Positions 10,973 through 21,146 of a stretch of DNA of 64,000 nt are shown here, one piece after another. The first letter of the stretch is position 1, and every line of letters begins with the position of its first letter. Origin of the DNA: Anaeromyxobacter sp. (GTDB lineage Bacteria > Myxococcota > Myxococcia > Myxococcales > Anaeromyxobacteraceae); assembly GCA_049840735.1 (NCBI GenBank), contig JASGJN010000022.1, forward strand, positions 192,001 through 256,000, in the 5' to 3' direction. The position numbers and the translations under genes are program-made. A model generated the notes under the pieces. That model was not told the DNA's origin. It ran no database searches and saw nothing but the letters and a program-made list of their open reading frames with translations.

Positions 10973-11206
10973 ATGCGCATCACGGCCAAGGGGCAGGTGA
11001 CCATCCCGGTGGAGATCCGCGAGAAGCTGGGCCTCCTTCCCAACACCGAGGTCGAGTTCGAGCTGGACGGGAAGGGTGTACGCATCCGGCGGGCCAAGGA
11101 GAGCCGCAAGGCCAGCCGAGGTGCGGCTGCCGTCGCCCGGCTCCGAGGCCGCGGCACGGTCCGGATGAGCACCGACGAGATCATGGCGCTGACCCGGGGC
11201 GAGTGA
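10973..11206 (+). CDS. AbrB/MazE/SpoVT-type antitoxin (VapB-like)
   Basis: MRITAKGQVTIPVEIREKLGL..TEVEF; stop overlaps the toxin start (TGATG). Confidence 0.88.
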   Translation: MRITAKGQVTIPVEIREKLGLLPNTEVEFELDGKGVRIRRAKESRKASRGAAAVARLRGRGTVRMSTDEIMALTRGE

Positions 11207-11608
11207 TGGCCGTCCTGGTCGACAGCAACGTCCTCATCGACATCGCCACCGAGGACCCGGCGTGGGGCGAATGGTCCGCGCGAGCCCTCGAGCGTGCCGC
11301 CGACGAGACCGCCCTCGTCATCAACCCCATCATCTTCGCGGAGGTCTCCGTCAGGTTCGAACGGATTCGAGGAGCTCGAGGAGGTCCTTCCTCCCGAGGT
11401 CTTCCGCCGTGAGGCGCTGCCGTACCAGGCAGCGTTCCTGGCCGGGAAGAGCTTCCTCGCCTACCGGCGCCACGGCGGTCAGCGCCCTGCCCCCCTCCCC
11501 GACTTCTACATCGGGGCGCACGCCGCCGTGGCAGGCCACCAGCTGCTCACCCGGGACGCTACCCGCTACCGGACCTACTTCCCGCGGCTGGCGCTCATCG
11601 CGCCCTGA
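11206..11608 (+). CDS. vapC: PIN-domain toxin (VapC-like); apparent frameshift at ~11366
   Basis: VLVDSNVLID, INPIIFAEVS, PLPDFYIGAHA, LLTRD. Removing one T from GATTC at 11364-11368 gives RFERIEELEE. Confidence 0.85.
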
Positions 11609-11670
11609 GACGGCTGGCGACGCGATCCGCTGCGTCTACCGCGCCCGCTAGCGCGAGCCGGCGACCCGCC

Positions 11671-13416
<1,746 letters not shown>

Positions 13417-13477
13417 GGACGCCGGATTGTACCCTGGTCCGGGGACCAGGCCGTGACGTGAGGGGAAATCCTACCGT

Positions 13478-14647
13478 TCACCACCCCTGCGCCGCCGCCG
13501 GCCGCGCCCCCACCGCCGCCTGGAGCGCCCGCTCCAGCCGCTCCGCCACGTGGCTCCAGAGGAACCGGCTGGCCACCCGGGCCCGGCCCGCCGCCCCCAT
13601 GCGCCGGGCGCGGAGCGGATCGGCCACCAGCCGCGCCAGCGCCGAGGCCAGCGCCACCGGATCGCCGGGCGGCACCAAGAGCCCGGTCTCGCCGTCGGCC
13701 ACGATCTCCGGCACCGCCTCGACGCGGGTGGCCACGCAGGGCACGCCGCAGGCCATGGCGTCCAGGTAGGCGATGCCGAACGGCTCGCGCAGCGTGGGGA
13801 CGCAGAGGACGCTGGCCTGGGAGAAGAGCCCGGGCAGCTCCTCCAGCGGCACCGGCCCCAGGTGGAAGGCGTTCTCCGGCAGAGGCGGCGGCCGGGGCGG
13901 CCCGGCGATCAGCAGCCGCGCCTTGGGGTGCTGGCGGCGCAGGCGCACGAAGGCGTCCAGCAGCACCGTCCCGCCCTTGCGCGTGAAGTCCTTGCCGGCG
14001 AAGAGGATGGTCCGGCCGTCGTCGCGCCGCGGCGCCCGGGCCGGGAAGACGTTGGCGCCGGCGCCCACCACCCGCACGCGCGCCGGGTCCACGCCGTAGT
14101 CGCGCAGCAGCGAGCCGGCCACGTGCTCGGAGAAGGTCGCGATCAGCGCCGCGCCGCGGTAGGCCTGCGCCTCTCGCCGGCGCCAGCCCTCGCCGTAGTC
14201 GGCCGGCGCCGGGAGGCCCGCCTGCGGCCAGGCCGGGCCGCGCATGCCCAGCGCGCGGGTGTGGTCGAGCAGCAGCGCGTAGGGGAAGGGCGGCGGCAGC
14301 CCGGGCGCGAAGAGCGCGCCGTTCTGGAGCACGATGTCCGGCGCCGGCCGCATGGTGCGCAAGAGCTGCCCGGCGCGGCGCGAGTGGGCGTCCCAGGCGA
14401 AGGTGGTGTTCCAGCGGTGCTGCAGGGCCTGCCGGCCGAAGCGGACGGCGGCGAGCGCCAGGTGGGCGAGCACCAGCGGGTGCGGGCGGGGCCGGCGCGA
14501 GGTCGCGTCGCGCGGCTCCAGCTCCCCGGTGGCGGCCACCAGCCGCAGGTCGTGGCCGCGCTCCACCAGCGCGCGCGCCACCGCGCCCGTGACGCCGCTC
14601 TGGGCGCCGTAGTGGACGTAGGCGATGTCGAGCCGGCCTGGGCGCAT
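13478..14647 (-). CDS. Glycosyltransferase family 4
   Basis: EPFGIAYLDAMACGVP, PEIVADGETGLLVPPGD; paralog of 35023-36174. Confidence 0.88.
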   Translation of the reverse strand: MRPGRLDIAYVHYGAQSGVTGAVARALVERGHDLRLVAATGELEPRDATSRRPRPHPLVLAHLALAAVRFGRQALQHRWNTTFAWDAHSRRAGQLLRTMRPAPDIVLQNGALFAPGLPPPFPYALLLDHTRALGMRGPAWPQAGLPAPADYGEGWRRREAQAYRGAALIATFSEHVAGSLLRDYGVDPARVRVVGAGANVFPARAPRRDDGRTILFAGKDFTRKGGTVLLDAFVRLRRQHPKARLLIAGPPRPPPLPENAFHLGPVPLEELPGLFSQASVLCVPTLREPFGIAYLDAMACGVPCVATRVEAVPEIVADGETGLLVPPGDPVALASALARLVADPLRARRMGAAGRARVASRFLWSHVAERLERALQAAVGARPAAAQGW

Positions 14648-14769
14648 CCGCTCCCCCCGGCCAGAAAGGTGCGGCCCGGGGGCGAGGAGGGGAAGCCGTG
14701 TGGGGCTCGCGCCCGGGGGACGGGCGGGGAGGCGGGCGGTCCGGGGGCGCGGGCGACAGGGACCCCTGG

Positions 14770-14809
14770 CCTTCGACTTCGGGCCTGCAGGCGCAGGCCC
14801 TACGCTCAG
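14770..14809 (+). repeat. Left part of a REP-like repeat interrupted by the IS
   Basis: CCTTCGACTTC-GGGCCTGC-aggc-GCAGGCCC-TACGCTCAG; the remainder GCCGAACGG lies at 16239-16247. Confidence 0.9.
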
Positions 14810-14896
14810 ATGGAATGAAGCGGCTGGCCTCCACCTCGGGGTGGTGGCACGAATGCCCCACAACGCGGTCAGAGCCGCAGAGAGTGGAGACCAGCC

Positions 14897-15928
14897 GTGG
14901 ACCATATTGGCATCGACCTGCACAAGAAGGACAGCCAGCTTTGCATCCTGAACGCGGAGGGCGGGGTTCTGGAGGTGCGGATCCCCACCCGGGCCGACCG
15001 GTTCGCCGAGGTGCTCGCGAACAGGCCGCGGGCCAAGCTCCTGCTGGAGGCCTCCACGGAAAGCGAATGGGTGGCGCGGCACATCGAATCGCTCGGGCAC
15101 GAAGTGATCGTGGCCGACCCGAATTACGCGCCGATGTACGGGACGCGGACGAGGCGGGTAAAGACCGATCGGCGAGATGCCCGAGCGCTGGCCGAGGCTT
15201 GCCGTTCAGGGACCTACCGAGCGGCCCACCGGAGGTCGGAATCCAGGCGGACGGTCGCTGTCCGCTTGTCGGTGAGAGACACGCTGGTCCGCACCAGGTC
15301 GCGGTTCATCACGGTGACCCGGACGTCCTTGCGGAGCCATGGGCTACGGGCCCCGAGCTGTGAAGCCGAGCACTTCGCGCGGGTGGTGTTGGAGATGGCC
15401 CTGCCGGACGAGGTCCGCGACGAGGTCGAGCCGTTGCTGCTGATGTTCGACACGCTGAACGCCCGGATCGCCAAGGCCGACGCTGACCTCGAGGCCATCG
15501 CCCGCGACAGCGCAGTGGTACGGAGGCTCACGACGGCGCCAGGCGTGGGCGTCGTGACGGCCATTGCGTACGACGTCGTCATCGATGATCCCAAGCGCTT
15601 CCAGAGTGCCCAGCAGGTGTCCGCCTACTGCGGCCTGGTCCCTAGCGAGCTGAGCTCGGGCGAGAAACAGCGCAAGGGGCGGATCACCAAGACCGGCAAC
15701 GCCAGGGTGCGCTGGCTTCTCGTCCAGGCCGCGCACTGCGTCTTGCGCAGCAAGAGCGCAGAGTCGCTGCCGCTGCGCGAATGGGCGGGGAAGATCCACC
15801 GGCGGAGGGGACGCGCAGTCGCCGTCGTGGCGCTGGCGCGCAAACTCTCCGGAATCCTGTTCGCGATGATGAGGGACGGGAAGGACTTCGACGGCAGCCG
15901 CACCTGCAGGGGAAACGCGATGGCCTAG
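14897..15928 (+). CDS. IS110-family DEDD recombinase/transposase
   Basis: IGIDLHK, LEAST, KTDRRDA (DEDD); APGVG, AYCGLVPSELSSGEK (catalytic Ser region), RITKTGN, VALARKL. Confidence 0.95.
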   Translation: MDHIGIDLHKKDSQLCILNAEGGVLEVRIPTRADRFAEVLANRPRAKLLLEASTESEWVARHIESLGHEVIVADPNYAPMYGTRTRRVKTDRRDARALAEACRSGTYRAAHRRSESRRTVAVRLSVRDTLVRTRSRFITVTRTSLRSHGLRAPSCEAEHFARVVLEMALPDEVRDEVEPLLLMFDTLNARIAKADADLEAIARDSAVVRRLTTAPGVGVVTAIAYDVVIDDPKRFQSAQQVSAYCGLVPSELSSGEKQRKGRITKTGNARVRWLLVQAAHCVLRSKSAESLPLREWAGKIHRRRGRAVAVVALARKLSGILFAMMRDGKDFDGSRTCRGNAMA

Positions 15929-16223
15929 ACGACCGAAATCGGACCCAGTCGGGCGGACGCCGGGCCGGAGATCCGGGAGTGAGGCGAAAGCGGGTTTCGA
16001 GACAGGGTGAGCGCGAGTTCGGCCTTGGCTGGTCACCAGGAACGGCCGTCGCTCAGATGGCGCCCCCTGCTCGAATCCCCCACTGCGCCGGCGGCACTGC
16101 CGCCCCTGTCGAGCGCGAATAGAAGGCTGATGGAACTCGCGTTCGCCTGACTCCCTGACCGATGGCCAACCAGCGCCGCCCAGGCTTCAGGACAAACGAC
16201 ATCACCGGCCCTTGACCGGGGAC
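15929..16223 (+). ncRNA. Putative seekRNA/bridge RNA region of the IS1111-type element
   Basis: Long stem 15975-15998/16132-16155; internal hairpins; GTTCGGCCT (16017-16025) is the reverse complement of core+right target; CGCTCAG (16050-16056) equals left target+core; ATAGAAG (16119-16125) equals right end+core. Transcript ends are unknown. Confidence 0.7.
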
Positions 16224-16256
16224 GCCGCTTCATAGAAGGCCGAACGGCCCGGCCAC

Positions 16257-16304
16257 CCGTTCGGCCTGAGCGCAGCCGCCGCGGAGCGGCGGCGGAGTCG
16301 AAGG
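16257..16304 (-). repeat. REP-like repeat, inverted partner of the IS-interrupted copy
   Basis: Reverse complement reads CCTTCGACTCC-GCCGCCGC-tcc-GCGGCGGC-TGCGCTCAGGCCGAACGG. Confidence 0.9.
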
Positions 16305-16341
16305 CCAGGCGCGGCTCGGCGGTCGTTGCGGCGCCGCTGGA

Positions 16342-16710
16342 CTACGCGTCCTTGGGCCGCTCGCCGTGGCGGGCGGTGACGACGGTGTGGATGCCGCCGC
16401 GGACCATGAAGTCGCCCACCACCTCGAGCCAGCGCGGCGCGATGGCGGCCACGATGTCGTCGCAGATGCGGTTGGTCACCGCCTCGTGGAACGTGCCCTC
16501 GTCGCGGAAGCTCCAGAGGTAGAGCTTGAGGCTCTTCAGCTCCACGCACTTCTCCGCCGGGATGTAGCGGATCCGGATGGTGGCGAAGTCCGGCTGGCCC
16601 GTCATCGGGCACACGCAGGTGAACTCCGGGCACTCCATCGCGACCTCGAACGGGCGCCCGGGCTTCGGGTTGGGGAAGGTCTGCAGCTCGCGGGAGGGCT
16701 TGGTGGCCAT
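16342..16710 (-). CDS. queF: PreQ0 reductase (7-cyano-7-deazaguanine reductase)
   Basis: EFTCVCPMTGQPDFA, VELKSLKLYLWSFR, FHE, RGGI. Confidence 0.93.
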   Translation of the reverse strand: MATKPSRELQTFPNPKPGRPFEVAMECPEFTCVCPMTGQPDFATIRIRYIPAEKCVELKSLKLYLWSFRDEGTFHEAVTNRICDDIVAAIAPRWLEVVGDFMVRGGIHTVVTARHGERPKDA

Positions 16711-16852
16711 GAACCAGTAAATCCTTCAGAAGGAGCCCGAGTGGGGAAATCGCCTACCCAGGGCTGTCGCCTTTTCCAAACGGCGACGGGAAAAACTACA
16801 GCCTCGGCGCTATCGGTCGCGCCAAGCCCCTGTAACGCCGCGGCCGAGGCGA

Positions 16853-16868
16853 AGGCAAGCGGATTGCT
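16853..16868 (+). promoter_or_regulatory. Sigma-54-type (-24/-12) promoter
   Basis: AGGCAAG-CGGA-TTGCT, with GG and GC exactly 10 nt apart, ~33 nt upstream of an ATG with a strong GGAGGGAG RBS. Confidence 0.6.
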
Positions 16869-16900
16869 TTGGAGGAGGTCGAGCCCGAACTGGAGGGAGC

Positions 16901-17095
16901 ATGAAGACCACCGGCACCCGCCGCACCCTGCGCAGCGCCCCCAAGCGTCTGGTCACCACCATCGGCAATCTGATCTCCGCCGCCTACGAGGCCGCCCCCG
17001 GCATCGGCGACAAGAAGCTGGAGCGCGCCCTGCGCCTGCTCACCCGCTCCCCGCTGGCCCGCCAGCTCAATCCTCACGTGGAGTTCGTCCGCTAG
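16901..17095 (+). CDS. Small basic hypothetical protein (64 aa)
   Basis: Strong RBS, host-like codon usage, LVTTIG(N/D)LISAAYE core. Confidence 0.65.
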   Translation: MKTTGTRRTLRSAPKRLVTTIGNLISAAYEAAPGIGDKKLERALRLLTRSPLARQLNPHVEFVR

Positions 17096-17402
17096 CGTCC
17101 GACCCTCGACGCTGCCGGGCGGTACGCCGGCCGCGCGGGCGCTCCTGGCTGAATCCCACGCGCCGGACCCGGCCGCCCCTCCGGGTCCGGCGGCTGCATT
17201 TCTCCCCGCCGAGCCACCTCCGGGCACCCTCCCACCGCCGCCTCCCACCGCCGCCTCCCACCCCCACGGACGGCCCGCGCCCCGGGCGCGCGCTGCCCGG
17301 AGTCCAGGCAGCCGCGAAGGTCGCGCACCGACCCCGAGGCGGGTATCCTCCGCCGCCGCAGGCCAGAACCGCGCACCCGCGCGGCATCGCCGCGGAGGCC
17401 CC

Positions 17403-19488
17403 GTGACCGCACCCCTCGAGACGACCCCAGCGCCCACCGGCCTGCCGGAAAACGCCTTCCGCCCCCTCGAGCCGGGCGAGACCTTCCGGCCCATGGTGCC
17501 GGCCAGCGCCTCGCCGCCCGAGCTGACCGTCCGCTCGGTGGTGCAGGGCGTGATCTGGTCGGCGGTCTTCTCTGCGGCGGCGACCTTCATCATCCTGAAG
17601 CTCGGCCAGGGGATCGAGTCGGCCATCCCCATCTCCATCCTGGCGGTGGGCGTCTCGGCGCTGCTGGTGCAGGTGCTGAAGGCTCGCGGCTCCACGCTGC
17701 TGGAGAACGTGAACGTGCTGGCCTGGGGCGCCACCTCCGGCATCGTGGCCGGCGGCTCGGTCTTCACCATGCCGGCCATCTTCATCCTGGGCCTCGAGGG
17801 CCGGAGCAGCTTCTGGCAAATCTTCCTGGTGCCGCTGCTGGGCGCGGTGCTGGGCGTGTTCCTGCTGGCGCCCTTCCGCCGCTACTTCACCCACGACCTG
17901 CACGGCAAGCTGCCCTTCCCCGAGGGGCGCGCCACCACCGAGATCCTGGTGGCGGGCAACAAGGGCGGCGACAGCGCCATCACCCTGGCCTGGTCGGCCG
18001 GCCTGGCCGCGGCCTTCGACTTCGTCGGCCCGTCGATGAAGGGGTTCTCCGACACCTTCTCGACCGCCGCCATCGGCGCCTTCTCCACGCTGACCCACAA
18101 GGTGAAGGCGGTCTTCTCCATGAACACGTCCGCGGCCATCTTCGGCCTCGGCTACATCATGGGCGTGGACTACGCCGCCATCATCCTGGCCGGCTCCTTC
18201 ATCTCCTACTTCGTGCTGGTGCCGATCTTCGCCTGGGTGGGGCCGCACCTCGCGACCCCGCTGCTCCAGGGCGGCGCGCCGCTCGCGGAGCTGCCGTTCG
18301 ACGGGATCTTCAGGGACTACGCCCGCCCCATCGGCATCGGCGGCATCTTCGCGGCCGGGCTGCTCTCCATCCTCAAGATGTCGCCGGTGATCGGCCAGGC
18401 CATCAAGGTGGCCGTGGGCGAGGTGATCCGGCTGGCCCGCGGCGCCGGCTCGGTGGCCTCCTCCGAGCGGACCGACCGCTCCATCCCCATGGCCGGGGTG
18501 CTGGGCGGCATGGTCCTCACCACGCTGCTCACCTTCCTCTACTTCCGCTTCGCGGTGCTGGCGGACGAGCCCGGCGCCACCCGCCTGGCGCTCCTCTCCG
18601 CGCTGCTCACGCTGGGCATCTCCTTCCTGTTCGCGGCGGTCTCGGCCTGGGCCATCGCCATGATCTCCATCACGCCCATCTCCGGCATGACGCTCACCAC
18701 GCTGATCGTCACCGCCGTGCTGCTCTCGGCCATGGGGCTCAAGGGGCAGAGCGGCATGCTGCAGACGCTCCTCATCGGCGGCGTGGTCTGCACCGCGCTC
18801 TCCATGAGCGGCTCCCTGGTGACCCAGTACAAGATCGGCTACTGGCTGGGCTCGACGCCGCGGCGGAATCGAGTGGGGCAACATCATCGGCTCGGTGGTG
18901 GCGTCGCTCTTCACCACCGGCACCATCTTCCTGATGGCCAAGGTGTACGGCTTCACCGCCTCGCCCGAGCACCTGCACCCCATGGCCGCGCCGCAGCCCA
19001 ACGCCATGGCGGCGGTGCTGACCGGCGTGATGGGCACCGGCGACGCCCCCTGGTTCCTCTACGGCCTCGGCGCGGTCTTCGCGGTGGCGGCCGAGATGTG
19101 CGGCGTCTCCGGCCTGGCCCTGGCGCTGGGCATGTACCTGCCCATGGACCTCAACTCGCCGCTGATCCTCGGCGCGGCCACGGCCTGGCTGCTCAAGCGG
19201 TCGTCGAAGGACGAGAAGGTGGCCGCCGCCCGCCACGAGCGCGGCACGCTGATCGCGTCCGGCTTCATCGCCGGCGGCGCGCTCATCGGCGTCATCACCG
19301 CGCTGCTCCGGTTCCTCGAGGGCCAGTTCGGGATCACCCTCATCCCCGACCTGACCCACCTGCCCGGCCTCGGGCCGGTGCTGGAGGGCTGGGCCAACTG
19401 GTCCGGCCTGGGCGCGTTCCTGCTGCTGGGCGGGTTCGTGTACTGGATCAGCCGCCGGTCGGCGAAGGAGCCGGAGGGGCAGGCATAG
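17403..19488 (+). CDS. OPT/YSL-family oligopeptide transporter; apparent frameshift at ~18868
   Basis: ELTVRS, AIPISIL, LPFPEGRA, PISGMTL, KIGYWLGSTP, APQPNAMA, GMYLP, ASGFIAG. Removing one A from GAATC at 18866-18870 fuses the two ORFs. Confidence 0.88.
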
Positions 19489-21107
19489 GCGCGCGCTGCC
19501 GCCGCCGGCGCAGCGCGTCCCAGGCCTCGTGCAGCCGCAGCCGGTCGGCCGGGGCCACGCCCACGCCGGCCAGGACCCGCCCGTCCTGCGCCTGCAGGAT
19601 GGCCTCGGGGGGCAGGCCGCGCAGGAACGCGCGGTCGAGGGTCTGCAGCGGCAGCTTGCGGGCCGGGAGCGGCAGCGCCAGCCGCTCGAATCTCGGAGGG
19701 GACCAGCTCCAGCACGCCGCCGCCGTAGTGGCGCCCCTCCAGCTCGGCGGTGAGCGCGGTCAGGCTGTTCACGAAGGCCGCCACCAGCTGGCCGGGGTCG
19801 GTCCCGCCCTGCGGCACCAGCCGGTAGGCGGTGTCGGTGGTGAGCGCGCCGGCCTCGTTGAGCACCAGCCGGGGCAGGTCGTGGGCGCGCTTCAGCAGGC
19901 TCACGGGAGCGGGCCAGACCGAGGGCACCACGTACCAGGGCGAGCGGGTCCGGCACTTGTAGCGGCGCGGCAGCCCCTGGGCTTCACCCAGCGCCAGGTA
20001 ATGGCGCAGGCCGGGCGGGTGGCGGTCACCGGCGCGGGAGAGGTCGAGGAAGTGGGCGGGCAGGCCGCTCTTGCGGTTCTCCTCCTGGCGACGCGCGTCG
20101 TGGATCACGCCCCGCACGTGCTCGCTCCGGCCGAACATGGGGCGCGCGTACGCGTGCAGGCCGTGGGCCTCGACGGTGGCGTCGTCCACCAGGAAGAAGG
20201 CGTTGGCGCCGGTGACGATCCCCACGTCCACCTCGGCCGCCTCGCCCAGCCGGCGCACGCCCGGCGCGGCGGAGAGGCCCTCCAGCAGCGCGCGGGTCCG
20301 CTCCGGCAGGAACAGCGTCATCCACTTGCCGCCCAGCCGGTCGCCGGGGACGCAGGCCGCGCGCCGGAAGAGCCGCTCCGGGCTGCCGCGCAGGAAGGCC
20401 GCCCCGCGCACCGCCACCACGCCCACCTCGGCGGGCGGCGCGCCTGCGGCGGCGCGCTCGCAGAGGAGCAGCACCGTGCCCTGCAGCGCGTCCTCGAACC
20501 AGAGCTCGGCCGGGTCGACCACCACCACCCGGCTGCAGCCCGCCACCAGCGCCTCGCGCAGCGCCCCGGCGTGCAGCACGTGCAGGAGCTCGGCCGGGAT
20601 CACCATGGCCAGCCGGCCGCCGGGGCGCAGCTGGCGCAGCGCCGCCAGCACGAAGGGCACCCACAGGTTCACGTGGCGTGTGAAGGGCAGGCCAGCCTTC
20701 GCGAAGAGCTGCTCGGCCCGCTGCTGGGCCTCCTCGGACAGGAACTGGTAGCGGACGTAGGGCGGGTTCCCCAGCGCCGCGTCGAAGCCGGGGCGGGCGT
20801 CGTCGTGCGCGAGCGCCCAGGCCAGCAGGTCGCCCTGCAAGACCGTGGCGCGCAGCCCGGCCGCGCGCGCCGCCTCCCGGGCCTTGGCGGCCTCCTCTCC
20901 CTGGAGCTCGATCCCCAGCAGCTCGCCGTCGAAGCGCGGCGCCTCGGCGGCGACCGCCCGCAGGAAGGCCCCGTCCCCGCAGGAGGGCTCGAGGATCCGG
21001 CGCGGCCGCGCCGCGAGCACCCAGCGCGCCAGGAAGCGCGCCAGCGCCGGCGGCGTGTAGTAGCCGCCGCGCAGCTTGTCTGCGGTCTGGTGCTCGAGGA
21101 AGTCCAT
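19448..21107 (-). CDS. N6-adenine-type (gamma-class, Eco57I/TaqI-like) DNA methyltransferase; apparent frameshift at ~19690
   Basis: GGYYTP, LEPSCGDGAFL (motif I), GNPPYVRY (motif IV), GIVTGAN, GRHYGGGVLELVPSEI. Removing one base from GAATC at 19688-19692 gives a C-terminus ending at 19448. Confidence 0.85.
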
Positions 21108-21146
21108 CGGGGCGGGAGAGCCTAACGCAATCCCGGCCCGAGAGGC

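Larger units (their letters stand above)
14810..16238 (+). mobile_element. IS110-family insertion sequence, IS1111-type
   Basis: Subterminal inverted repeats ATGAAGCGGC (14815-14824) and GCCGCTTCAT (16224-16233); AG core at 14808-14809 and 16237-16238; long non-coding region downstream of the transposase; visibly lower GC than the flanks; removal restores an intact repeat. Confidence 0.93.

Noticed and set aside
16711..16800. preQ1 riboswitch upstream of queF
   Set aside because: I could not find the stem plus A-rich tail arrangement on the queF strand.
17403..21125. 1240-aa ORF as a transporter fusion protein
   Set aside because: It is an artefact of the frameshift at ~18868 running on into the antisense of the methyltransferase.
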